Assembly (NCBI GenBank): GCA_963758915.1
Contig: CAVWXH010000005.1
Coordinates: 68,936-132,935, forward strand
DNA: 64,000 bases
Source: an uncultured Methanomicrobiales archaeon
GTDB taxonomy: Archaea > Halobacteriota > Methanomicrobia > Methanomicrobiales > Methanospirillaceae
Direction of reading: 5' to 3'
The position numbers and the translations under genes are program-made. Shown piece after piece: positions 10,046-19,891 of this stretch. The number at the start of each line of letters is the position of its first letter. The first letter of the stretch is position 1. The notes under the pieces were generated by a model. It was not told the origin of the DNA, ran no database searches, and worked only from the letters and a program-made list of their open reading frames with translations.

Positions 10046-11326
10046 ATGCTATCCCTGATACTCATTGGTGCGATCATCTTTTCGATAGCAATTTTTATCT
10101 ATTCCCTGGTCTCGCACCGTATCGAGGGGTCAATTATCACAGCTCCCATGATTTTTGTAGGGATTGGCCTGCTCGTAAGTCCGGACGGGCTTGATTTCAT
10201 TTCCCTTGGAGTAAATAACCAGTTAGTATTGGTCTTTGCAGAAATCGCACTGGTCTTAATCCTTTTTTCTGACGCTGCGAGGATAGATTTCACCACCCTG
10301 AAAGGAAACCGGAATTTACCCGCCCGGTTGCTTGGGATCGGCCTTCCGCTTACGATTTTTGCGGGTGCTGTTACGGCGATACTCGTCTTCACCGATCTTG
10401 CACTGGCGGAAGCTGCGCTGATAGGGGCCATCCTTGCACCCACTGATGCGGGACTTGGCCAGGTAATAGTGAACAGCCCGAAAGTCCCGGCGAGGATCCG
10501 CCAGGCCCTGAACGTGGAGAGCGGGCTGAACGATGGAGGCGCTATACCGTTTTTCGCTTTCTTCCTGGTCCTTGCAGATGCAGAGAAAGAGAACCTTCCC
10601 GCAAGCCAGTGGGTCCTGTTTGCAGCTGAACAAATCGGTCTTGGTATCCTCGTAGGGCTGATTGTTGGCCTGTTAGGGGGATACCTGGTCAACAAGGCCA
10701 TTGATAAGGGACTCATGCAGGGAAGGTTCAGCTGGATCGGGTTCCTCGCTCTGGCAATAATATCTTTTATTGCGGCCGATGCAGTGGGCGGAAGCGGTTT
10801 CATCGCGGCTTTTGTAGGGGGCTTAGCCACGTCTGTTACCGGCAGACATGTGGGAGAGTCAGTAATCGAGTTCACGGCAACAGGGGGAGAGATTTTCAGT
10901 CTTGCAGTGTTCTTCATTTTTGGCATCCTCGCTGCCAGTCTTCTGTCAGGATTGACCCTTGAAATTTTAATCTATGCAGTCCTGAGCCTGACTCTTATCC
11001 GGATGCTCCCGGTCGCGATATCCCTGGTAAAAACCCGTTTACGACCAGAATCAGTGCTTTTCATTGGCTGGTTTGGTCCACGCGGGCTTGCATCGATTGT
11101 GCTGTTACTCATTACACTCAATGATGCCCCGGGTATCCCCGGGTTGCAGACGATAGCGATGGTTGTCAGTACTACTATCCTTATCAGTGTTTTTGCCCAC
11201 GGCTTATCTGCAAACCCCCTCATCAACTGGTATGCAGGAAAAATTGCAACATTACCAGGGGATGCACCTGAACTGAAAGTGGTGGTGGAGTCACCAACAC
11301 GAATCCCGGCGAAGGGAAAAAAGTAG
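10046..11326 (+). CDS. Cation:proton antiporter, CPA1/NhaP family
   Basis: LAPTD, ESGLNDG and GWFGPRG motifs; about 12 TM helices. Confidence 0.9.
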   Translation: MLSLILIGAIIFSIAIFIYSLVSHRIEGSIITAPMIFVGIGLLVSPDGLDFISLGVNNQLVLVFAEIALVLILFSDAARIDFTTLKGNRNLPARLLGIGLPLTIFAGAVTAILVFTDLALAEAALIGAILAPTDAGLGQVIVNSPKVPARIRQALNVESGLNDGGAIPFFAFFLVLADAEKENLPASQWVLFAAEQIGLGILVGLIVGLLGGYLVNKAIDKGLMQGRFSWIGFLALAIISFIAADAVGGSGFIAAFVGGLATSVTGRHVGESVIEFTATGGEIFSLAVFFIFGILAASLLSGLTLEILIYAVLSLTLIRMLPVAISLVKTRLRPESVLFIGWFGPRGLASIVLLLITLNDAPGIPGLQTIAMVVSTTILISVFAHGLSANPLINWYAGKIATLPGDAPELKVVVESPTRIPAKGKK

Positions 11327-11499
11327 TTAAACTGAACCTGGCTCTCCTTACTTCTCGTTTCTGCAGTTGTTGCAATGATACCCGGGTGGTTGCTCTCAAA
11401 GTACTCAGGGAAAAACATGCAGCAAAACGAGGGATAACCGCAATAATCACGAGATCTCCGGACCGCTTAACATTTTTTTTAATATGGGTAATGCCCGGG

Positions 11500-12108
11500 T
11501 TTTCAGCCCGGTGCTGGCATCCCATCCGGAAGGACCCCTGCTTTTTCTACCCTGATGGTACTGTTGATAATTCGTTTTGTACAGATTGCGATGGTTTTCT
11601 TTTCAAACAGGTACTGGTGAAGAAAAATATCAATCGGGTCCCATAAGGCAACCCAGCAGAAAATGACAATGGCGCCAACCAGAATGTCTGCGAGGACCGG
11701 GTCGGTGGTAGTGGAATACAGGTAGATGCAGAATAGGAGCAGTACCTGCAGAAATACTCAGTCCATAAATAAGTCCGTATTTTATTCTTTTCAACTGAAC
11801 CCGCAACTTTCCTCCTTGCACCCTCACACCGATAGGTGAAATAGGTCCGCACTGCCTCCGGAAGGTCAGACTCTGACTTCATCTGTTACCTGCGGAGCAG
11901 GAAACCTGATCGTATAGTGGACCGGTTTTTTCGGTTCCCTGTCAATTATTGCCGTGATCATGGCAATACAGCGCATCATCTGGAAAGGTCCCTGTTTTTT
12001 ACGGGTGACGGGTCATCCGGATCGAAGAACTGGTCAACACGTTTGAAACCAAGTTCGACAACCAGCTGGTCTTCCTCTTCCCTAATATGTTCAATATAAT
12101 TTGATCAT
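11500..12108 (-). pseudogene. Frameshifted hypothetical membrane protein (3' end approximate)
   Basis: Fragments in different frames read ...VDQFFDPDDPSPVKNRDLS...DLPEAVRTYFTYR...RIKYGLIYGLSISA...IVIFCWVALWDPIDIFL. GGAGG lies upstream of ATG 12108. May be intact in vivo if the indels are sequencing errors. Confidence 0.55.
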
Positions 12109-12322
12109 GTTGTTTGTAATCCTCCAGCCATCATCCGGGATGATTGCCGGATCCCGGGAATTCACGTGAGTGTATTCTACTGCATTTTTCTGCTGTACTG
12201 TATTAATAACTGTTTTGTTTCCTGAAGCCAGGAATAATATTGCTTTTCCGGCTATTTTGTTTCGTATTCTTTAAATTCGGGTAATTCCTACTATTTCCAT
12301 AGTTCATTAACGAGGGGATTTT

Positions 12323-13345
12323 ATGGCTGAAGGAATTTTCGCAAGACTGAAAGAGGGTCGTTTTGATCCGGACTATGTGCCGATCTTTGAAAGTAAGTTA
12401 TTTTTTGAAGGAGAAAAAAGAGAGCGGCAGACGATCAACTTTGCAGTACTTCTGGCACTCGCCACGGTTATTGCGACCTATGGTGTCATTACAGACTCTA
12501 CTGCAACGGTGATTGGTGCAATGATTGTTGCACCGCTGATGACCCCGATAATGGCTACCGGGGCAGCCGTGTCAATGGGGGCTTCAAGGCGGGCGATGAG
12601 TTCCATTACCCTTGTCACTCTCGGCGTAATCGGGGTTATTATGCTGGCGATGATCCTTACTGCGGTAGTGCCTGGTCAGCTGGTATCGCTGACACAAAAT
12701 CCGCAGATAACCTCCCGTGTCAGTCCGGGCCTGCTTGATTTGTTGATTGCCCTTGCAGCGGGTGCAGCAGGAGCTTTCGCAATAGGCCGGCAGGAGATAG
12801 CCGATTCCCTGGCAGGTGTCGCGATAGCAATCTCCCTTGTCCCCCCGCTGTGTGTTGTCGGAATAACCCTGTTCCATGGAGGTTTTATCGAGGCAAGTGG
12901 TGCTTTTCTCTTGTTCCTCACTAATTTTATCGCAATTCTGGTGGCAGGAACCATCATGTTCGGCCTGATGGGGTTGCCGGGGGCGATAAAGATGGAAATG
13001 AAGGCTGAAACGCGGAAGAAAGCCATGGTTGCGATAATGATTGCAGGTATCTTGCTAATCGGAGTTCTTGCGGTAACGAGTTACCAGGCATACCAGGCGA
13101 CAAATGACCAGATAGAAGCGAAGAACCTCGTAACAGAATGGGTTGGCCTCTCCCAGTACCAGGTACAGAAAGTGGTTCTTACCAGGTCAGGTGTTAATGT
13201 AATTCTCGTTGGTGAAGGTCCGTTACCCCCCCTCGAAACCCTGTCAAAGGATATGGAAGAACAATTTGGTCGGATGATGGTTATTCAACTGCATACAATC
13301 CCGGAAAAAAAAGTAACCTATCCGTCGGTTATGGCGGGGTTATAA
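12323..13345 (+). CDS. DUF389 / TIGR00341 family membrane protein
   Basis: DSTATVIGAMIVAPLMTPI and GVAIAISLVPPL motifs. Confidence 0.88.
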   Translation: MAEGIFARLKEGRFDPDYVPIFESKLFFEGEKRERQTINFAVLLALATVIATYGVITDSTATVIGAMIVAPLMTPIMATGAAVSMGASRRAMSSITLVTLGVIGVIMLAMILTAVVPGQLVSLTQNPQITSRVSPGLLDLLIALAAGAAGAFAIGRQEIADSLAGVAIAISLVPPLCVVGITLFHGGFIEASGAFLLFLTNFIAILVAGTIMFGLMGLPGAIKMEMKAETRKKAMVAIMIAGILLIGVLAVTSYQAYQATNDQIEAKNLVTEWVGLSQYQVQKVVLTRSGVNVILVGEGPLPPLETLSKDMEEQFGRMMVIQLHTIPEKKVTYPSVMAGL

Positions 13346-13500
13346 AATATTTATGAAAAAACCCCCACAGCTTACCCCGTTCAATGAGGGATCCCGTGGA
13401 AAAAATGCCAACATATCCGGCAGCAATAATAATTGAACGTCCCGAACAACTATATCCACAGGGCACTGAAATTACTAGAGCAAACCCATACCTTTGAAAA

Positions 13501-16131
13501 ATGAAAGAACCTGTTATAGTATCCCCGGAAGACCGGGCTCACCTTGAAATGAAGGGCGGTCTCCAGTCATCAGAAGTCCCTGAATATCGCAGTAAGTTCG
13601 GTGCAAATGTTATGACCCCCCCGGTACGGGAACCGTTATGGTTACAGTACCTGAAGAAATACGATGACCCGATAATCAAAATCCTTATTATTGCTGTCGT
13701 AATCTCTCTCATCGTCTCGATAATCCAGGGGATCAGCTTTTATGATACCCTTGGAATTATTATCGCTATCCTGCTTGCAACCGGCATATCTTTTTTCAAC
13801 GAATACCGGAGCAGCAGGGAATTCGATGTACTGAATGCTCACCGGGATGATGTGGGCGTTAAGGCAGTCCGCGATGGTCACCCGTCAATGATACCCTCGC
13901 GTGACATCGTTGTCGGGGACCTCATCATCCTCGAAGCGGGGGATGCAGTTCCGGCAGATGGCTGGCTGATCGCCTCAGATGCGTTCTCGAGTGACGAGTC
14001 CGCCTTTACAGGCGAGAGCGAACCGGTCGCAAAAGACAGGGAAGATCCGGTCCTGAAAGGCTCATTTGTTACTGCCGGGAAAGGACGGATGATCACCGGG
14101 GCAGTTGGTGACTCGGCCCAGATGGGGGTAATTGCAGCATCGCTTGGTATCGACCATGCAACCGCAACCCCCCTTGAACAGAAACTGGAAGCCCTTGCAG
14201 GGATCATCAGTAAATTCGGGTATACCATGGGTATCCTGATCCTTGTCAGCCTCTCGATCCGTGGGATATTACTCGGGGAACTGACCGGGCTGAACCTTGA
14301 AACCCTGAACCATGTCCTGCACTACCTCATGATAGCCGTCGCCATTATCGTCGTTGCAGTCCCTGAAGGGCTCCCGATGAGTGTTGCACTCTCTCTTTCC
14401 CTCGCAATGCGGAAAATGACCCGGGCCAACTGCCTGGTGAGGAAGCTGATTGCCTGTGAGACGATTGGCTCTGCGACAACGATTTGCACAGATAAGACAG
14501 GGACGCTCACAAAAAACCAGATGGAAGTTGCTTCGGCATCAGGTGGAGAACCCGTACGACCTGATAATACTCCCCATACCGCTTCTGAATGGATCACGCT
14601 GAATGCCGCACTAAATGGTACTGCCTACCTGGAAGAGCGGGATGGGCGGGTAATTGTCATTGGTAATTCGACAGAGGGGGCTCTCCTCCGGTGGCTCCAG
14701 CTCCATTCAATCAATTACATGACTATCCGTTCAGAAATCCACGTCAGCAAACAATTCCTGTTCGATGGCAACAGGAAACGGATGTCAACCGTTGTAACTA
14801 TTGCCGGAAAACCCTATCTGCTGGTGAAAGGGGCGCCCGAGATCCTCGCCTCGCTCTGTCTGGTCCAGCCTGACATGGGCGGCATAAGTGAGCTTGCATC
14901 ACGGGCTATGAGGACTCTTGCATTTGCCCATAAGGAAATTGTGGACGGTGACGACAGCGAGTCCGGTCTGCACTGGGACGGGTTTGTCGGTATACGTGAC
15001 CCGTTGCGGGACAACATTGCTGAATCGGTTGCTACCTGCAGGGCCGCCGGAATAAAAGTCCGGATGGTGACGGGTGATAACCGGGAAACGGCAAAGGCCA
15101 TTGCAGCGGATTCAGGGATCATGGCGGGCGGGATTGTCGTGGACGGAAAGGAATTCCGGTCACTGACACCTGACCAGCAGGTATCAGTTGCACAAAACCT
15201 TGATGTGATGGCGAGAGCTGAACCTATGGACAAGCTCCTCCTTGTCCAGGCGCTGCAGAAGAAAGGGGATGTTGTTGCAGTCACCGGTGACGGGACAAAC
15301 GATGCCCCGGCCCTTAAAAATGCCGATGTCGGCCTGGCAATGGGTATTGCAGGGACCGAAGTAGCGAGGGAAGCCAGCGATATTATCCTGCTTGACGACT
15401 CTTTCGCATCGATCACCAGTGCCGTCTGGTGGGGCAGATCACTCTACGAGAATATCCAGCGTTTTGTGCTGTTCCAGCTCACACTCAATTTCTGCGCCTG
15501 TATTCTGGTATTTATTGCCCCGCTCCTTGGATATCCGGAGCCGTTTACCATTATCCAGATCCTCTGGGTTAACCTGATTATGGACACACTTGCCGCATTT
15601 GCACTCTGTTCGGAAGCGCCACACCGTGACCTGATGAACCGCCTTCCCATTGAGAGAAATACCCCGGTTATCACCCCGTTTATGTGGTTTTCAATTATCG
15701 TGACAGGTACGTTCTTTATCATCGGCGGATTGATCCAGATGAAAACAGGTTTCCTGGGGGGTACCACGCCGGCTGAAATTACAACAGTGTTTTTCGCTGC
15801 ATTTGTCATTGCTGCGATCTGGAATGGTATCAACTGCAGGGCACTTGACGGGAAGATGCCGCCATTTTTTAAAGGCAACCCGACGTTTTTCGCAGTAATG
15901 GGATTCATTGTCCTCGCACAGATCCTGATTGTCCAGTACGGCGGGTCTGTTTTTGGCACAGTTCCACTGACACTCAACGAGTGGCTAACAATTATCGTCG
16001 TGTCATCTTCTGTGCTGGTTGTCGGTTTTGTAATCCGGGTTGCGTATCACCGGTTCGGAGACCGGATCAATTCTCTCATGCCAGGTGCAAAAGCAGGAAA
16101 CAAGACCCGGTATCCTCCGGAGGTCCCATAA
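13501..16131 (+). CDS. Calcium-translocating P-type ATPase (PMCA-like, type IIB)
   Basis: TGES, VPEGLP, DKTGT, KGAPE, TGDN and GDGTNDAPAL motifs; WVNLIMDTLAA in M6. Confidence 0.93.
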   Translation: MKEPVIVSPEDRAHLEMKGGLQSSEVPEYRSKFGANVMTPPVREPLWLQYLKKYDDPIIKILIIAVVISLIVSIIQGISFYDTLGIIIAILLATGISFFNEYRSSREFDVLNAHRDDVGVKAVRDGHPSMIPSRDIVVGDLIILEAGDAVPADGWLIASDAFSSDESAFTGESEPVAKDREDPVLKGSFVTAGKGRMITGAVGDSAQMGVIAASLGIDHATATPLEQKLEALAGIISKFGYTMGILILVSLSIRGILLGELTGLNLETLNHVLHYLMIAVAIIVVAVPEGLPMSVALSLSLAMRKMTRANCLVRKLIACETIGSATTICTDKTGTLTKNQMEVASASGGEPVRPDNTPHTASEWITLNAALNGTAYLEERDGRVIVIGNSTEGALLRWLQLHSINYMTIRSEIHVSKQFLFDGNRKRMSTVVTIAGKPYLLVKGAPEILASLCLVQPDMGGISELASRAMRTLAFAHKEIVDGDDSESGLHWDGFVGIRDPLRDNIAESVATCRAAGIKVRMVTGDNRETAKAIAADSGIMAGGIVVDGKEFRSLTPDQQVSVAQNLDVMARAEPMDKLLLVQALQKKGDVVAVTGDGTNDAPALKNADVGLAMGIAGTEVAREASDIILLDDSFASITSAVWWGRSLYENIQRFVLFQLTLNFCACILVFIAPLLGYPEPFTIIQILWVNLIMDTLAAFALCSEAPHRDLMNRLPIERNTPVITPFMWFSIIVTGTFFIIGGLIQMKTGFLGGTTPAEITTVFFAAFVIAAIWNGINCRALDGKMPPFFKGNPTFFAVMGFIVLAQILIVQYGGSVFGTVPLTLNEWLTIIVVSSSVLVVGFVIRVAYHRFGDRINSLMPGAKAGNKTRYPPEVP

Positions 16132-16321
16132 ATTTCCCGGGGAACGCAGTAATTTATTCCTGCCATCAGGGATACCAGTTGGACCCACGTTGGCATCCTC
16201 CTATAAAAAAAAGTGATTTAACGGGCCAGCTGAACAGATACGACTCATGCAAATTCAGTCGTCTGCCGTCCTCTTTTTTTATCCTGGCCTGATCAGATAT
16301 GCAGACCCTAAAAAAAAACGA

Positions 16322-17044
16322 TTATTCCCCTGCCTGCCTGTTTGAGAGGAATTTTCCCACCAGCCAGGAAACAAGAACCGCGATATACAGCGTACCGATA
16401 ATCATCTCAAACATCGTCACCGTCCGTGCTGTCGATGTAAGTGCTGCGACATTGTAATTTCCCGTGGTCGTGAGGATTGAGAAACTGTACCCGATGTAAT
16501 CAGATATGTACACCAGCTGGTCGGTTCTCTTTGTCACGATATCAAATGACGCTGGTGAAAAAATCTCCATTGCCATTATACCCATAGCCCATGTGAGGCC
16601 GAGGAGGAAGTAGACCGATATTGCCCCGAAAATTGTATCCCTCCGTATTTCACGTTCATGGATGACAACTAAAAAAATTGCAATGCTGACCAGGATAAAA
16701 AATACCAGGGTGACTACAACTGCGGCATGGAAATAATGAGCAATCCCGGTCAGGTAATAGAAGGAATATAAGATAATCGTGATTATCACAAGCACAACCC
16801 CGATGACCATGAGGTGCACGTTGCGACTTATAGCCTGGATTGCAAAGAATAATAAAATTACCAGCAGTATATCAGTGAAAATCCTTGCAGCTTCACTATC
16901 TTCGAGCAGGGGAAGGACAGAAAGGAAAACAATGAGTGCAATGAAATGGAATGTACATTTATTCTCATCCCTCCATTTCAGGAAAGCAGCAGTTTTGTTT
17001 TCTAATGAGCCCTTTATCATGTTTTTGCCGGGTGTGGAGGGCAT
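16322..17044 (-). CDS. Potassium-channel-family (Ion_trans_2-like) membrane protein with atypical filter
   Basis: IFGAISVYFLLG...YSFSILTTTGNYNV...EMIIGTLYIAVLVSWLV matches the pore-loop architecture. Confidence 0.75.
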   Translation of the reverse strand: MPSTPGKNMIKGSLENKTAAFLKWRDENKCTFHFIALIVFLSVLPLLEDSEAARIFTDILLVILLFFAIQAISRNVHLMVIGVVLVIITIILYSFYYLTGIAHYFHAAVVVTLVFFILVSIAIFLVVIHEREIRRDTIFGAISVYFLLGLTWAMGIMAMEIFSPASFDIVTKRTDQLVYISDYIGYSFSILTTTGNYNVAALTSTARTVTMFEMIIGTLYIAVLVSWLVGKFLSNRQAGE

Positions 17045-17224
17045 ATACCAGATGTATCTGCGAATAACAGATATTGTTTTATCTTTAAAATCCGGACCGG
17101 GAATATTCCCTGGACGAAGACTCCACCGTATCGTATATTAGAAATTTCCGGACGGTCCCGGAATCTGAAATGTCCCCCTGGTTTATCCGGAACCGTTACT
17201 TTCACCCTGCCCATGGCAAGATCG

Positions 17225-17246
17225 TTTATATGTCACTCATAGAGTG
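17225..17246 (+). promoter_or_regulatory. Archaeal TATA box (TTTATATG) followed by inverted repeat CACTC-ATA-GAGTG
   Basis: TATA lies about 25 nt upstream of the 5' end of the structured region. No credible + strand CDS follows. Confidence 0.55.
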
Positions 17247-17249
17247 TCT

Positions 17250-17730
17250 AATCGTGTCAGGATCATGCTACCGGGACGAATAGAGCGGACCGGTAACTAT
17301 ACTGGCTGCCATATCAGCCTGTGGTGGCGGCACCAGCCTTGTGCTCCTGGCACAAAGGGGAAACCAGTGATGAATGACCCCTCAAGACAACGGTCTGTGC
17401 CATAATCGTGATAGTTGCACCGTACCAACGACCCCGGCGCCACCAGGGATCGCATGATGCAGGTGAACAGACCTGTTGGAGATCGGGAAACCCGTTGGGC
17501 CGGTAACGCTCATCCGTTACCAGGCTGCCGGAAGAGGCCTGAGATAAACTGAACGTAAGGAGTGATGTAACAGGATCAAGACCCGCCAAAACCCACCTTT
17601 ACAATTGTAGCATACAACAGAGTCCGGTGTCCGGAATAACCTGAGCATGAGGGCCCGGTCCGGAAAATGGTAGATCTGCAGGGGTATACGCAGGAAATGC
17701 GTTTGCGATCTCCCTATAACCAACACGATT
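17250..17730 (+). ncRNA. Candidate large structured ncRNA of unknown class (~480 nt)
   Basis: Terminal stem AATCGTGT/ACACGATT, roughly ten internal helices, crossing long-range pairings, upstream TATA and downstream T-rich tract. No plausible ORF. Confidence 0.65.
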
Positions 17731-17828
17731 TAATTAATATTCAATCTCTTCAATCCATCTTTTTATTGATCACTGACGGTAACATTCCTAGAGAATTTCC
17801 TGACCGTGGCCAGGTATGCCCGGAACGT

Positions 17829-19766
17829 TCAAAGTCCCGGCTGCTGCTGGCTTGCACAGTGGAAGGTCCCGTACCCTTCAACCATTGCCCGGGCATTAAT
17901 CCCGATTACCTCCCGGCCCGGGAAGAGTGACCTAAGAATATGTAAAGCCCGGCTATCCTTGGGATCATTAAAAACCGGGACGATAACTACTGAATTACCA
18001 ATATAGAAATTTGTGTAACTTGCCGGGTACCGGAGATCCCCGTTCGAGACGCTATCCGGCATCGGTAGTTTTACAACCGTTAGCGGCCCCCCGTCCTGGT
18101 CCGTGGATTTTAACAGGGTATTATAATTCTCCTGCAGGGTACGGTAATTTTCATCGGCCCTGTCCTCCTCACATGCACAGACAACGGTGGAAGGGCCGGT
18201 AAACCTCGCAAAATCGTCAATATGACCATCGGTGTCATCCCCTGCGATACCTTCCTCCAGCCATAGTACGTGGTCGACTCCAAGGTTCTCCTTAAGGAAT
18301 GCCTCCAGGTCAGGTTCTGATAATCCTTTGTTCCTGTTCGGGTTAAGGAGGCATGAACGGCTGGTCATGACGGTCCCTCTCCCGTTCACATCGATCGAAC
18401 CCCCTTCGAGGATAATACCCGGGCTGAATACGGGAAGTCCCAGCCAGTCGCTCATCAATTCCGGAATTGTTCCATCCCTGATGAGGTTTTCATATTTTCC
18501 GCCCCACGCATTAAATTTCCACTGCACCATGGCAACCTGGGAAATGGCAGGATTGACAACGAAGGTGGGCCCGTAATCGCGGATCCAGACGTCCTGATAG
18601 TCAGTAACCCGGTACCGGACATGAGAATCGCCCGTCCCCTCCTTACAGAGACGTTCTTTGATCATTTCCCTTGTGCCCGTGTCCCTGACAAGCAGTTCTA
18701 CCGTTTCTGACCCGTGCATTGCAGAAATAAACCTGATATAGGCATCTTCAACTGCACCAATGTCAGGGAATGTCACGGTATTATGGGGCCACGAGAGCCA
18801 TACTGCCTCGTGCCTCTCCCATTCTGCAGGCATGCAAAACCCCGTGTTTCGCGGGGTATCTCCCTTGCGGACGATAAAACGGAGCCCGGTATTGTCGGGC
18901 ATGGTGACGATATTCCCGTATGTATCAGGACGCCGGTTGCGGAAAAAGCCCCATGAATCCTGAATTGTCCGGTTCATCGAGAGATCCAGGTCCGCGATGA
19001 TGATCTCCTCTGCATCTCCTGCACGGGCTATTACCCTGCCAAATGCATCGCTTACAAAAGAACCCCCGAAAAACCTGACTGCCCCTTCAGTTCCCACCCG
19101 GTTAACTGCTGCAACATGGATACTATTGGCAATCGCATGGCTCCGCTGGACCAGTTCCCATGATTCCTGCCAGTCACCTTCCAGGGGATCGAAGCTGAGA
19201 GGCTGGCCGATTGCCGTCGGGTAAAAAATTATCGATGCACCCATGAGAGCGGCGGAACGGGCCGCTTCAGGGAACCACTGGTCAAAACAGATTAAGACTG
19301 CAAAGCACCCGAAACGGGTGTGAAAGATCCGGTACTCATTACCCGGGTAAAAATATCCCTTCTCATAAAAACCAGGGTCCTGGGGAATATGGACCTTATG
19401 GTACGGTGGATGCAGGCTGCCATCAGCATCGATCACAACCGCTGTATTGAAAAAACGGCCATCAGTTGCTCTTTCATATACCGGTACGATAATTACGACC
19501 TGGGAACGCTTCGCGATCGTTGAAAAGAGGTCCGTGGATTTCCCCGGGACGCTCTCAGCAAGAGCTGATGCATCTCTCCGGATGTATTGTGGGAAGTAGC
19601 GGGTACGGAACAGCTCGGGGAGGCAGATAATTTTTGCACCTTTGTCGATTGCGGACTCTACCTTCATGACAGCACGCTGAAGGTTATCTTCAGGGTCTGG
19701 CCCCATTTCCATCTGGACCAGTCCGACTATAACGTTCCGTCCGTCTGCGATGGGTTGGCGCTCCAT
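17829..19766 (-). CDS. Fused N-carbamoylputrescine amidohydrolase (AguB, nitrilase family) and agmatine deiminase (AguA)
   Basis: N-half has nitrilase E-K-C motifs (LPELF, YHKVH, ICFDQWFPE). C-half has MPAEW, WIRDYGP, EGGSID, DTDGHID and GTFHCASQQ. Confidence 0.92.
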   Translation of the reverse strand: MERQPIADGRNVIVGLVQMEMGPDPEDNLQRAVMKVESAIDKGAKIICLPELFRTRYFPQYIRRDASALAESVPGKSTDLFSTIAKRSQVVIIVPVYERATDGRFFNTAVVIDADGSLHPPYHKVHIPQDPGFYEKGYFYPGNEYRIFHTRFGCFAVLICFDQWFPEAARSAALMGASIIFYPTAIGQPLSFDPLEGDWQESWELVQRSHAIANSIHVAAVNRVGTEGAVRFFGGSFVSDAFGRVIARAGDAEEIIIADLDLSMNRTIQDSWGFFRNRRPDTYGNIVTMPDNTGLRFIVRKGDTPRNTGFCMPAEWERHEAVWLSWPHNTVTFPDIGAVEDAYIRFISAMHGSETVELLVRDTGTREMIKERLCKEGTGDSHVRYRVTDYQDVWIRDYGPTFVVNPAISQVAMVQWKFNAWGGKYENLIRDGTIPELMSDWLGLPVFSPGIILEGGSIDVNGRGTVMTSRSCLLNPNRNKGLSEPDLEAFLKENLGVDHVLWLEEGIAGDDTDGHIDDFARFTGPSTVVCACEEDRADENYRTLQENYNTLLKSTDQDGGPLTVVKLPMPDSVSNGDLRYPASYTNFYIGNSVVIVPVFNDPKDSRALHILRSLFPGREVIGINARAMVEGYGTFHCASQQQPGL

Positions 19767-19891
19767 TGTTGTGTCTTATAAATGTATGAACTGAAGAGAC
19801 ATAATTGACTTACCCTAAAATGCCGGGGTCTAAAAAAAATCACCGCTAAAAAAAAGATGCAGAAAAGGGGCCTGCTTTCAACGCATTGTGA

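Noticed and set aside
10099-10926. Long antisense ORFs (e.g. 10099-10926, 20424-21236, 31976-32779, 34739-35539, 53027-53806)
   Set aside because: Shadow frames of well-supported genes on the opposite strand.
17250-17730. RNase P RNA, SRP RNA, group II intron or tmRNA identity for the structured region
   Set aside because: No GAGGAAAGUCC P4 motif, no SRP helix-8 motif, no AGC/CGC domain V triad with proper ends, no tRNA-like termini. Judged by eye only.
17314-17930. ORFs 17314-17589, 17517-17726 and 17667-17930
   Set aside because: Short, atypical composition, no recognisable motifs or SD.
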